A DNA stretch of 41,048 nt from Alphaproteobacteria bacterium. Its GTDB lineage: Bacteria > Pseudomonadota > Alphaproteobacteria > GCA-2731375. Position 1 is the first letter of the stretch; each line of letters starts with the position of its first letter. A program made the translations under genes and the position numbers. The notes under the pieces are model-generated. The model was not told the origin of the DNA, did not search any database, and saw only the letters and a list, made by a program, of their open reading frames with translations. Shown here one piece after another: positions 1 through 10,668 of the stretch. The DNA lies in the NCBI GenBank assembly GCA_046582595.1, contig JAYGEB010000256.1, positions 1-41,048 of the forward strand. Reading direction: 5' to 3'.

Positions 1-48
1 CCGGTACTGTTTTGCCTGGCTCAATCTGCTCTTCCGCATGCGGACCAT
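1..48 (-). CDS. hypothetical protein, N-terminal fragment running off the left edge
   Basis: ATG at 48-46 (minus strand) with GAGGTG Shine-Dalgarno 5 nt upstream. The frame stays open to position 1 (MVRMRKSRLSQAKQYR...) with GC-rich third positions, unlike the AT-richer spacer 49-138. Too short for a family call. Confidence 0.3.
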   Translation of the reverse strand, partial: MVRMRKSRLSQAKQYR

Positions 49-138
49 AATAACACCTCATTGGCGTTATCTGGGTCAGCCCCGGGTATAATATTAACGG
101 ATCATAAGCCGAAATATCCGTCTTGACGAGGTTGGATG

Positions 139-897
139 TTATAACCCGATCAGAATGGCCGTGAAGGTTGTGTAAGACCCAGTGGCCAGCAGGATGGCCA
201 GAATGATGCTTCGAAACCGGTTTTCATCAAGGCGCGAGGACAGGCGGTGGCCCACGACGGCGCCGAGGACGGTGGGCGCCGCGGCCAGGGCCACGGTCTG
301 CCAGATGGCGGCGCCGATGGCGCCCGCGGCGGCTTGCAATGCCAGGGCCGCGGCATATGACAATGTAAACAGACAAAGAGTGGTGGCCCGCAAGGGCAAT
401 TTGGCCATGCCGCTGGCGGCTAGGTAGAGCATGACGCTGGGGCCGGGCATGGCAAGCGATGTCGCCATGGCGCCGGAGATGATGCCGACCGGAACCGCCA
501 GCCAGCCGCCGGCCGGCCGCATCTTTAGGGCACCCGGACGCCGGCTTAAAACCAGCCAGGCGGCAAGGGACAGAATGATCAGGCCCACGGCGAGCCGCAC
601 CGCATCTAGGCTGGCGTGGAGAAATATCGCCAAGCCAATGGGAAAGCCGAGAATGCTGCCCAGCGAGAGGCGGACCAGGGGCGCTTTCGGCGCCTGGCGC
701 CACAGCCCCGGCGCCAGAACCAGGGAGACCAGCAGATTAAGGATAATGGTCAGGCCGACGGCGTCCAGACTGCCCATCACTCCCAGCAACAGCGGCAGGG
801 CAATGATGGCGAAGCCAAAGCCAGTGGCGCCTTGGGCGAGGGCGGCGAAAAACGAAATCGCGGCGATCAGGATGAGTTCGGCGGCGGTGAACATCAT
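139..897 (-). CDS. TSUP/TauE-SafE family (DUF81) anion exporter-like membrane protein
   Basis: 252-aa polytopic hydrophobic ORF. The N-terminal AISFFAALAQGATGFGFAIIALPLL segment is typical of TauE/SafE permeases. Starts 6 nt after the LysR stop on the same strand. Confidence 0.85.
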   Translation of the reverse strand: MMFTAAELILIAAISFFAALAQGATGFGFAIIALPLLLGVMGSLDAVGLTIILNLLVSLVLAPGLWRQAPKAPLVRLSLGSILGFPIGLAIFLHASLDAVRLAVGLIILSLAAWLVLSRRPGALKMRPAGGWLAVPVGIISGAMATSLAMPGPSVMLYLAASGMAKLPLRATTLCLFTLSYAAALALQAAAGAIGAAIWQTVALAAAPTVLGAVVGHRLSSRLDENRFRSIILAILLATGSYTTFTAILIGL

Positions 898-903
898 GTA
901 CCG

Positions 904-1809
904 TCAGGGATCGTCCCAATAGGGTTCGGGCCTAAACCGATGGACCAGAAAATCGACAAAGGCGCGGACTTTCGGCGTCAAATGCCGCCGGTGTGGAAAG
1001 GCCGCATATATGGCATGGGTCTGCGGCAGGCATCCGGGCAACACCTCGATTAAATCGCCGGAACGAAGATCATCGCCGACGATAAAGGTGGGCAGGCACA
1101 CGATGCCGATGCCTGCCAGGGCGACATGGCGCAGCACCTCACCGTTATTGGCGCGCAGGTTGCCGCGAAGGGGAATGGTCACGGCGCCATTGGCCCCGGT
1201 CAGGTTCCAATCGGTGCCGCTGTCGAGGTAGAGGTAGCCAAAGCAATTGTGTTCCCGCAGGTCTTCAGGCTTGCCGGGCCGGCCTTTGCGTTGCAGGTAG
1301 CCCGGCGCGGCGCACAATAGGGCGCGCATGGGCGCCAGGCGGCGGACGATCAGCGAACTGTCCACCAGCGCGGCGATGCGCACCGCCACATCGAAGCCTT
1401 CCGCCACCAGATCGACAGGGCGGTCGTCCAGCACCAAATCAACCTCGACCTCCGGGTGGGCCTCGAGAAATTCCGCGATCGCGGGTCCCAGGTGCATGGT
1501 GCCGAAGGTCATGGGCGCATTGACCCGCAACCGGCCCCTGGGCGTCGCCGCCAGACTGCCAACCTCGTCGGCGGCGGCCTGGGCCTGCTCTACAATCCGT
1601 GCGCAATGTTCGTAAAACACCTCCCCGACCTCCGTCAGGGACAGCTTGCGCGTGGTGCGGTTCAACAAGCGCGCGCCGAGGCGGTCCTCCAGCCGGCCAA
1701 CCTGCTTCGAAACGGCGGATTTCGAGACGCCGAGAGCCGCCGCCGCCGCCGTGAAGCCGCGATGCCGCACGACCTTGGCGAAGACCGCCATATCGTTCAG
1801 ATTATCCAT
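904..1809 (-). CDS. LysR family transcriptional regulator
   Basis: N-terminal wHTH MAVFAKVVRHRGFTAAAAALGVSKSAVSKQVGRLEDRLGARLLNRTTRKLSLTEVG. 301 aa with a LysR-type effector domain length. Divergent from the GST gene. Confidence 0.92.
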   Translation of the reverse strand: MDNLNDMAVFAKVVRHRGFTAAAAALGVSKSAVSKQVGRLEDRLGARLLNRTTRKLSLTEVGEVFYEHCARIVEQAQAAADEVGSLAATPRGRLRVNAPMTFGTMHLGPAIAEFLEAHPEVEVDLVLDDRPVDLVAEGFDVAVRIAALVDSSLIVRRLAPMRALLCAAPGYLQRKGRPGKPEDLREHNCFGYLYLDSGTDWNLTGANGAVTIPLRGNLRANNGEVLRHVALAGIGIVCLPTFIVGDDLRSGDLIEVLPGCLPQTHAIYAAFPHRRHLTPKVRAFVDFLVHRFRPEPYWDDP

Positions 1810-1833
1810 TTAAGCCAACCCCGTCGGTCGCTT

Positions 1834-1876
1834 GGAAACAGTGGCGGCCAAAATATCAGTTTTGTTTCCAGTGGCG
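1834..1876. promoter_or_regulatory. candidate regulator-binding dyad/direct repeats in the LysR / GST divergent promoter
   Basis: GGAAACA (1834-1840) and TGTTTCC (1863-1869) form an inverted repeat. CAGTGGCG occurs twice (1839-1846, 1869-1876), 30 bp apart. Location fits a LysR-type operator, but no consensus could be tested. Confidence 0.25.
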
Positions 1877-1961
1877 AACAATTATGTGCTTGCGGACTAC
1901 TGGCTCGCGGTGTCATTCGATATTACATGGGCGAGGACGGCAACAAGACGGGAGTTTGCTT

Positions 1962-2918
1962 ATGGGTATCATGGTGCAAGGCAAATGGCGCACGGAGGAT
2001 TTCGCGGAGCGGAACCGCAAGGGCAGCTATATCCGCGCCGGCACCTCCTTTCGCGGCTGGGTCGGCGGCGGTGACTTTCCGGCCGCGGCGGGGCGCTATC
2101 ATCTGGTGGTCGCCCACGCCTGTCCCTGGGCCCACAGGACGCTGATTTTCCGGGCCCTGAAAGGCTTGGAAGAGGTTATTTCCGTGGCTTTCGTCGAGCC
2201 CCTGATGTTGGAGAACGGTTGGGTTCTGGCCAATGGCGGCGACCCGGTCACGGGCGCGCGATATGCCCATCAGGTCTATGCCCAGGCGGACCCGGATTAT
2301 TCGGGCCGTTGTTCCGTGCCCATTCTCTGGGACAAGACGGCCCATACCATCGTCAGCAATGAATCCTCGGAAATTATCCGCATGCTGAACAGCGCCTTTG
2401 ATGATCTGGCGGCCAAATCGGTGCCCGACCTGTATCCCGAATACCTGCGGGAGGAGATCGATGCGGTAAACGAACTGGTCTATGAAAACATCAACAACGG
2501 GGTCTACCGCACCGGCTTCGCCACCACTCAAGCGGCCTATGAAAACAGCTTCAACGCCCTGTTCGACGCCTTGGACAAGATGGAGACGCGGCTGGCGGGG
2601 CAACGTTATCTGACCGGGGCGCGTATTACCGAGGCCGATTGGCGCCTGTTCGCGACCCTGGTGCGCTTCGATGCGGTTTACGTCGGGCACTTTAAATGCA
2701 ATCGCCAACGCATTGCCGACTTTCCCCAGCTATCGAACTATCTGCGCGAACTGTATCAATGGCCGGGCATCGCCGGAACCGTGGATATACCGCGCATCAA
2801 GGAGCATTATTACGGCAGCCACCGCGCCATTAATCCGTTCGGCGTGGTGCCCGACGGCCCCGCCCTGGACTTCGACGCTCCCCACGACAGGGAGCGCCTG
2901 CCGCGCGCGGCCGCCTGA
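1962..2918 (+). CDS. yqjG: glutathionyl-hydroquinone reductase (Xi-class glutathione S-transferase, YqjG/ECM4-like)
   Basis: CPWAHR active-site motif in YHLVVAHACPWAHRTLIFRALKGLE, plus conserved SVPILWDK and ADWRLFATLVRFDAVY blocks. ATG 1962 (MGIMVQGKW...) gives 318 aa; the track start 1884 adds a non-conserved leader. Confidence 0.88.
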   Translation: MGIMVQGKWRTEDFAERNRKGSYIRAGTSFRGWVGGGDFPAAAGRYHLVVAHACPWAHRTLIFRALKGLEEVISVAFVEPLMLENGWVLANGGDPVTGARYAHQVYAQADPDYSGRCSVPILWDKTAHTIVSNESSEIIRMLNSAFDDLAAKSVPDLYPEYLREEIDAVNELVYENINNGVYRTGFATTQAAYENSFNALFDALDKMETRLAGQRYLTGARITEADWRLFATLVRFDAVYVGHFKCNRQRIADFPQLSNYLRELYQWPGIAGTVDIPRIKEHYYGSHRAINPFGVVPDGPALDFDAPHDRERLPRAAA

Positions 2919-2921
2919 TTC

Positions 2922-4155
2922 CTATTCGTGGCGCAGGGCCTCGATTGGGTCCAGGCGAGAGGCTTTGCGGGCCGGGTAGAAGCCAAAAAAGATCCCGACC
3001 ACGGCCGAAACGCCGAAGGCCAGCACCACGGCGCCGGGCCGTACCAACAGGGGCCAGCTGGCGATATTGGCCGCGATGGCGGCGCCGCCCAGACCGACGG
3101 CGATGCCGATACCGCCGCCCACGATAGACAGCAGCACCGCCTCGGTCAGGAACTGCGCCATGATGTCCCGGCCCGACGCGCCCACGGCCATGCGCAGGCC
3201 GATTTCCCGGGTCCGCTCGGTGACCGAGACCAGCATGATATTCATGATGCCGATACCCCCCACCAACAACGAGATGGAGGCGACGGCGGCCAGCAACAGG
3301 GCCATGATCCGGGAAGATTCTTCCCGCTTTTGCAGTAGCTCCGCCAGGTTGCGGACCCGGAAGTCATCCTTGTCGCCGGTCCGGATGCGATGGCGCTGGC
3401 GCAGCAATTCCTTGATCGCGGCCTCCGCCTCGGCCAACTCGTCACCGCTGCGGGCCTTGACCACGATGGCGGTGACCAGGCGGCCGCTCAACCGCCGGCC
3501 GCCCAGGACGCGTTTTTTTGCCGTGGTCAGGGGGATAAATATGACGTCATCCTGATCTCGTCCCATGGGCGTTTCACCCTTGGCCTTCAACACGCCGACA
3601 ACCTTGAAGGGGATGCGCTTGATGCGGATGGCTGCGTCCAGGCCGCTGCCGTCACCGAACAGTTTTTCCCGCACGGTATCGCCGATCAGGGCGACCTTGC
3701 CGGCGGCGCGCAGATCTTCGGCTCGGATCGGGCGGCCATGTTCCAAAACCCACTCACGGGCATCCAGGTTGTCGGGACGGATGCCGTAGATGGTGGTGGA
3801 CCAATTCAAATTGCCATGCACTACCTGGCCAACCCCGCGCACGCTGGGGGCGGCAATTATGATCGTGGGAATTTCCCCCAGCATGGCGTCGGCGTCGTCC
3901 TCGGTCAGGGTCGGCAGGGTGCCCCGGCCCAGACGCGCGCCGCGGTTGGAGGAGGAGCCGGGCAGCACGAACATCAGATTGGCGCCCAGGCTTTTGATGA
4001 CATCCTGGACCCGGGATTCCGCACCCGCCCCCCACCGCCACCATGATGATCACCGCGCCGACGCCGATGATAATGCCCAGGGCGGTCAGCACGCTGCGCA
4101 AAAGGTTGGCTCGCAGGGCGTCCCAGGCGGTGCCAAGACAGTCCAGGGCGCTCAT
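2922..4155 (-). pseudogene. MacB/FtsX-type ABC transporter permease, frameshifted
   Basis: N-terminus MSALDCLGTAWDALRANLLRSVLTALGIIIGVGAVIIMVAVGG is read from ATG 4155. The remainder (AGAESRVQDVIKSLGANLMFVLPGSSSNRGARLG...FtsX C-terminus, stop 2922) lies in the adjacent frame. The junction is the CCCCCC run at 4028-4033. The span is 1234 nt (3n+1). Confidence 0.8.
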
Positions 4156-4871
4156 GCCAGCATCCCGGCCGCATCCTTGGGCGCCGCAACGGCTTCATCG
4201 GCAATCACCTTGCCATCGCGAAAGCGCACAATGCGCTTGGCATGGGCCGCCACGTCCTCGTTATGGGTGACCACAAGGATGGTATGGCCGCCGTGGTTCA
4301 GGGTCTGAAACAGGGCCATGATTTCAATGCCGGTATGGCTGTCCAGGGCGCCCGAGGGCTCATCCGCCAACAACAGGGCCGGTTGATTGACCAGGGCCCG
4401 GGCGATGGCGACCCGTTGTTGCTGGCCGCCCGACAATTGTGTCGGCCGATGGGCCAGACGGTCCGACAACCCGACCTGGGCCAGCGCGGCCTCGGCCCGC
4501 TCCCGGCGGGCTTGGGCGGTGGTGCCGCTGTAGATCAAGGGCAATTCCACATTGTTCAGCGCCGTGGCCCGGGGCAGCAGATTGAAACTCTGGAAGACGA
4601 AGCCGATGCGCCGATTGCGGGTCTGGGCCAAATCGCGCTGGTCAAGCTGGGTTACCGCCCGGCCTTCCAGCCAATAAGACCCTGCGCTGGGTTGATCTAG
4701 GCAGCCCAGTAAATGCATGAAAGTTGATTTGCCCGAGCCCGAGGCGCCCATGATAGCGACGAACTCTCCCTCTGCCACGGACAGTGATACATCAGCCACC
4801 GCATGCACCACTTCGCCGCCCAGATGATAATCCTTGGACAGACCGTCGGTGCGGATCAGGGGGGCGGTCAC
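4152..4871 (-). CDS. ABC transporter ATP-binding protein (MacB/LolD-type)
   Basis: Walker A GASGSGKST, signature LSGGQQQRVAIARAL, Walker B LLLADEP. ATGA overlap with the permease start. GTG 4871 (MTAPLIRTDGLSKDY), 2 nt after the adaptor stop, is preferred over TTG 4889. Confidence 0.9.
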   Translation of the reverse strand: MTAPLIRTDGLSKDYHLGGEVVHAVADVSLSVAEGEFVAIMGASGSGKSTFMHLLGCLDQPSAGSYWLEGRAVTQLDQRDLAQTRNRRIGFVFQSFNLLPRATALNNVELPLIYSGTTAQARRERAEAALAQVGLSDRLAHRPTQLSGGQQQRVAIARALVNQPALLLADEPSGALDSHTGIEIMALFQTLNHGGHTILVVTHNEDVAAHAKRIVRFRDGKVIADEAVAAPKDAAGMLA

Positions 4872-4872
4872 A

Positions 4873-6525
4873 TCAGAACCGAAGGCCAAAAAAGCCGCGG
4901 CAGCTTGCAGCGGCCTTTTCCTCGGCGATAATGACCTGATCGGTTTCGCTTAGTTCGCCTTTCACGATCTCGCTGAAATCACCGTCCGATGCGCCGATGC
5001 GTAGGTCCACCGCCCTGGGCCGGCCGTCCTCGTCCAGCAGCCAGACCCGGCCCGGCCGCACCGGGTTGGCGTTGCGCGCGGCGACGATGCGGCGATAAAT
5101 CTCCAACTGGCCGGGTTTCAGAATAGTCGGGATGGATTGGCCTACTTGCTGGCCGACCTTGGTAAAGGCCTCGCGCAACTCCTCCCGGCCGGCGCCGCTC
5201 ATATACATGCCTTTTAGGGTCTCCCTGGCAGCCTCGAAGAAGCCGCGCAATTCGGTCTGCTGTTTCTCATCAAGGCTTAACTGTTCGGTCAGGGATTTGA
5301 TGATCCGTTCGGACCGGCCCGGATCCCGCTTGCGGTCCCCCGGCTTGGCGCCGCCCGCGCCGGCGGGGGTGTAGCGTAGAGCCCGGTTCGGAACCTTTAG
5401 GACATCGTCCCGCTGCTGCACGGCGATTTCAACATTCGCGGTCATGCCCGGCAGTAACAGGCGGTCGGCATTGTTGACGCTGACCACGACGGTGTAGGTC
5501 ACCACGTTTTGTACCGTCTCCGGCGCCAGGCGGACCTGGCGCACTTCGCCCCCGAATTTCCGCCGGGGATAGGAATCGACGCTGAATTTGACGGCCTGCC
5601 CGGTCTGGATGGCGCCGATATCGGCCTCGTCCACGGCGACCTCAACCTGCATGCGGCTCAAGTCCTCGGCGATAATAAACAGTACGGGGGCCTGTAGAGA
5701 AGCGGCCACGGTCTGACCCATATCAATATTGCGCGCGATCACCGTGCCCGAGACGGGTGAGCGGATATAGGTATGGGCCAGGGCCACCTCCGCCTGGTTG
5801 ACCGCCGCCTGACGTTGCGGACCTGGGCCCGGGCCGTGGCCAATTCCGCCTTGGCCATGCTCAAACCGGCCTGTGCGCCCCTCACGGCGGAGATTTGGGC
5901 GACGGTGCCGGATTGGGGCCGCCCGCAGGCGGGCGCGGGATTGGTCATATGCCATGCGGGCGTCATCCACCCTGGCCGACGATATGATCTTGCGTTGGAA
6001 CAGGGCTAATTGGCGTTCGTGTTCGCGTTTGATATTGGTCAGGCTGGCCCGGCTCTCCGCCTCCTGGGCCCGGACCATGTTCAGGCGCGCCCGGGCGCTT
6101 TTCAACGCGGCGTCGGCCTGGATGATGCCGGCCTGGCGCATGACGACGCTGGCCCGCGCGATGGCCATGGCGGCCGCCGCTTCCTCCAGGCGGGCCTGAA
6201 AGGTCTCGGGCGCGATGCGGGCGATTTCTTGATTGGCCGTGACCCGGTCGTTGAAATCGGCGGCAAGCGATTGTACCTGGCCCGAGATTTGGCTGCCCAC
6301 CTCTACCGTGGTCACCGCGCCGAGCGCGCCGGAAGCGGCGACAAAGCTGACCAGCCGCCCCCGCTCCACCGCCGCCAGACGGTACCCCGGCTGGCCGCCG
6401 CCACTCTCGAACCCCATGGCCGCGCCAAGGCCAAGGATCGCCAGCAATGTAATTGCGCCGATCATGATCGGCCGCCGGCGCCCGGGCGCCAGAATGGCCT
6501 TGATCGATTGTGCTTTGCGGTCCAT
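4873..6525 (-). CDS. efflux RND/MacA-type periplasmic adaptor (HlyD family), with an internally out-of-frame segment
   Basis: ATG 6525 (MDRKAQSIK...) followed by a TM anchor. Lipoyl/barrel blocks VEVGSQISGQVQSL, YIRSPVSGTVIARNIDMGQTV and PGMTANVEI. The track ORF to 6786 is an artefactual extension across the divergent promoter. See finding for 5808-5918. Confidence 0.85.
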   Translation of the reverse strand: MDRKAQSIKAILAPGRRRPIMIGAITLLAILGLGAAMGFESGGGQPGYRLAAVERGRLVSFVAASGALGAVTTVEVGSQISGQVQSLAADFNDRVTANQEIARIAPETFQARLEEAAAAMAIARASVVMRQAGIIQADAALKSARARLNMVRAQEAESRASLTNIKREHERQLALFQRKIISSARVDDARMAYDQSRARLRAAPIRHRRPNLRREGRTGRFEHGQGGIGHGPGPGPQRQAAVNQAEVALAHTYIRSPVSGTVIARNIDMGQTVAASLQAPVLFIIAEDLSRMQVEVAVDEADIGAIQTGQAVKFSVDSYPRRKFGGEVRQVRLAPETVQNVVTYTVVVSVNNADRLLLPGMTANVEIAVQQRDDVLKVPNRALRYTPAGAGGAKPGDRKRDPGRSERIIKSLTEQLSLDEKQQTELRGFFEAARETLKGMYMSGAGREELREAFTKVGQQVGQSIPTILKPGQLEIYRRIVAARNANPVRPGRVWLLDEDGRPRAVDLRIGASDGDFSEIVKGELSETDQVIIAEEKAAASCRGFFGLRF

Positions 6526-6573
6526 CACGGCATCATAGCCGGCAATCAATATTGAACAATTCCAGAGTAAACC

Positions 6574-7014
6574 ATGTCGACCAGCATGACCAGGGCAGAG
6601 CGCGAGGCCTTTCTGCAAGAGCCTCACATCGGCGTCCTGTCCATCCCCGAGCCGGGCCAGGGCCCCCTGACCAGCCCGGTGTGGTACGACTATGCTCCCG
6701 GCGGCGATCTCTGGTTTTTGACCCAAGCGACGGCGCGCAAGGGCCGGCTGCTGGCGGTTGGCGGCCGGGTCAGCCTGTTGGCGCAAACCACATCATCGCC
6801 CTACAGGTATGTTTCCATCGAGGGCCCGGTTTCCAGCATCGTTCCCTCCGACCTGCTGGCCGATCTGCAACCCATGGCGCAACGTTACCTGGGCGAACGG
6901 GCGGGCCAGGACTACGCCGCCGCTCTGGCCGACAAATACGCCCTGGGCAACGCCATCAAGATCCTGATCCGCCCGCGACGCTGGCTCACCGTCGACTACG
7001 CCAAGCGCCCCTGA
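6574..7014 (+). CDS. pyridoxamine 5-prime-phosphate oxidase (PPOX) family protein
   Basis: 146 aa. N-terminal REAFLQEPHIGVLSIPEPGQGPLTSPVWYDY...DLWFLT pattern is typical of PPOX-class split-barrel proteins. Confidence 0.75.
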   Translation: MSTSMTRAEREAFLQEPHIGVLSIPEPGQGPLTSPVWYDYAPGGDLWFLTQATARKGRLLAVGGRVSLLAQTTSSPYRYVSIEGPVSSIVPSDLLADLQPMAQRYLGERAGQDYAAALADKYALGNAIKILIRPRRWLTVDYAKRP

Positions 7015-7030
7015 CCCTTCCCCATGCCAA

Positions 7031-7146
7031 CTCATATTTTTATGGTGACGTAATAAATATATAGAGTATTTTAGAGTATAATGTATTGAAATAAATATAT
7101 TTATATAATTACTACGTCGCTAAAAAAAGTCGAAAAATGTCGAATC
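7031..7146. other. AT-rich island (~22% GC) with phased direct repeats between convergent genes
   Basis: Hand count: 26 G/C in 116 nt, and only 8 G/C in the 60-nt core 7051-7110. Repeats: AATAAATATAT x2 (7052, 7090), TAGAGTAT x2 (7062, 7072), GTCGAA x2 (7129, 7139) plus GTCGC (7116). Imperfect inverted repeat GACGTAAT (7047) / ATTACTACGTC (7108). Confidence 0.7.
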
Positions 7147-7794
7147 TTAATCTCCGAACAGGTGGTCGGCGACGTAGGGATTGGACTGGCGTTCCTGGCC
7201 GAAGGTGGAGAGGGGGCCGTGGCCAGGGACGAAGGTGGTATCCTCGCCCAGGGGCCAGAGTTGTTCACGGATGGAGCGGATCAGGGTGTCGTGATCGCCC
7301 CTTGGCAGGTCGGAGCGGCCGATGGAGCCTTGAAACAACACATCACCGACGATGGCCAGCTTATCCTTGGCGCCGTGAAAGATGATGTGGCCCGGCGTGT
7401 GGCCGGGGCAGTGGCGCACGGTCATGGTTTGCTTTCCGAAACTAATACCGTCGCCGCTTTCCAGCCAGCGGTTCGGGGTGAAGGAACGGGCTCCTTCAAA
7501 GCCCGGTTTCGAGGCATGCCCATCCAGGCCCTCGATCAGGAACAGATCGTCTGGGTGCGGCCCCTCGATGGGCACGCCGAGACGCTCCGCCAGCTCCGCC
7601 GTGCCGCCCGCGTGATCCAGATGGCCGTGGGTGAACAGGATTTTCTCGATGGTAACGCCTTGCTCCGCGATGGCGTCCTGCACCCGGTCGATGTCGCCGC
7701 CAGGGTCGGAGACGGCGCCCAGCATGGTCTCCTCGCACCACATGACGGTGCAATTCTGGGCATACGGCGTCACGGGGATGACCACGGCTTTCAT
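7147..7794 (-). CDS. gloC: MBL-fold hydrolase, YcbL/GloC-type hydroxyacylglutathione hydrolase
   Basis: 215 aa, the length I recall for E. coli YcbL. Motifs THGHLDHAGG, HCPGHTPGH, GRSDLPRGDH and PGHGP appear collinear with my recollection of the E. coli sequence; not verified by alignment. Confidence 0.85.
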   Translation of the reverse strand: MKAVVIPVTPYAQNCTVMWCEETMLGAVSDPGGDIDRVQDAIAEQGVTIEKILFTHGHLDHAGGTAELAERLGVPIEGPHPDDLFLIEGLDGHASKPGFEGARSFTPNRWLESGDGISFGKQTMTVRHCPGHTPGHIIFHGAKDKLAIVGDVLFQGSIGRSDLPRGDHDTLIRSIREQLWPLGEDTTFVPGHGPLSTFGQERQSNPYVADHLFGD

Positions 7795-7812
7795 GCAATG
7801 AATGACCTCGAA

Positions 7813-8301
7813 TTAGCTTTTCAGCCGGCGTTGCGCCTGGCGCAGAATATCCCGGTTGCCCCGGTGCCAGGTGACGCTCAGGCTATAGCGCCGCATGCGC
7901 CAGCCGTCATTCACCTCGTCCGGGGTGCCCCGCGCCATGTCGCAGGTATAATAACCGCCGACGGTGTATTCGGGGTCGCCACGGGCGCTGTCGAGACGAT
8001 GCACGGCTTGCAGATAAGCGGTCAGGGTGGCCGTGTCGCCGTCGATCCTATGGACATGATTGGCGGTGAGATGCTGGGTGGCGTCCAATCCGGCGATGGT
8101 GCCCTTGATGATCTCGACCCAGGCCTCCCGGCCCGTGACCACCTCGCGGCCGCCGAAGGCACGGAAATCGGCTTCCAGGTCCTCGGTGAAGCAGCTCGCC
8201 AGCAGCTCCCAGTCGCGGGTGTCGATGGCGGTGGCGTAGGTGTGCAGCACCTGGCTGATATGGTCCCGGTCGAGCAGCAGTTGTAGTTTTGTTTCGGTCA
8301 T
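7813..8301 (-). CDS. SnoaL-like / NTF2-fold domain protein
   Basis: 162 aa. The LLDRDHISQVLHTYATAIDTRDWELLASCFTEDLEADF pattern is typical of SnoaL_4/NTF2-like proteins. AAGGAAG Shine-Dalgarno upstream. Lies between the mutase and gloC on the same strand. Confidence 0.7.
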   Translation of the reverse strand: MTETKLQLLLDRDHISQVLHTYATAIDTRDWELLASCFTEDLEADFRAFGGREVVTGREAWVEIIKGTIAGLDATQHLTANHVHRIDGDTATLTAYLQAVHRLDSARGDPEYTVGGYYTCDMARGTPDEVNDGWRMRRYSLSVTWHRGNRDILRQAQRRLKS

Positions 8302-8310
8302 GATGCTTCC

Positions 8311-10497
<2,187 letters not shown>

Positions 10498-10668
10498 CCT
10501 ATCGTTACCAGTCACGTATATAGCGCAGAGGCCCGCGGAGTGTCCATTTCCGGCGGCCTGAAAAATAGCTGAAGGTTTTGCCGTTACAGCCGCGCGGGAT
10601 CGGCTATCCTGGTTCCGTGGGGCCGGGAAATCGCAAGCCGGCATTTGCTGGGAACGGGAGCGCGGACA

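Noticed and set aside
1-129. Plus-strand open frame from the left edge (…PVLFCLAQSALPHADHNNTSLALSGSAPGIILTDHKPKYPS stop)
   Set aside because: Third-codon positions are only ~45% GC in a genome where real genes show strong GC3 bias. The region past ~50 looks intergenic, and the minus-strand start with a Shine-Dalgarno at 48 is more plausible.
2916-2924. Convergent GST and permease genes separated by only 3 nt
   Set aside because: This is real but unremarkable by itself, and no structure fits in the gap. It is noted only because it leaves no room for terminators.
6526-6786. N-terminal extension of the adaptor ORF (track start 6786)
   Set aside because: MDRKAQS... at 6525 is followed directly by the membrane anchor. 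The extension overlaps the divergent PPOX gene start.
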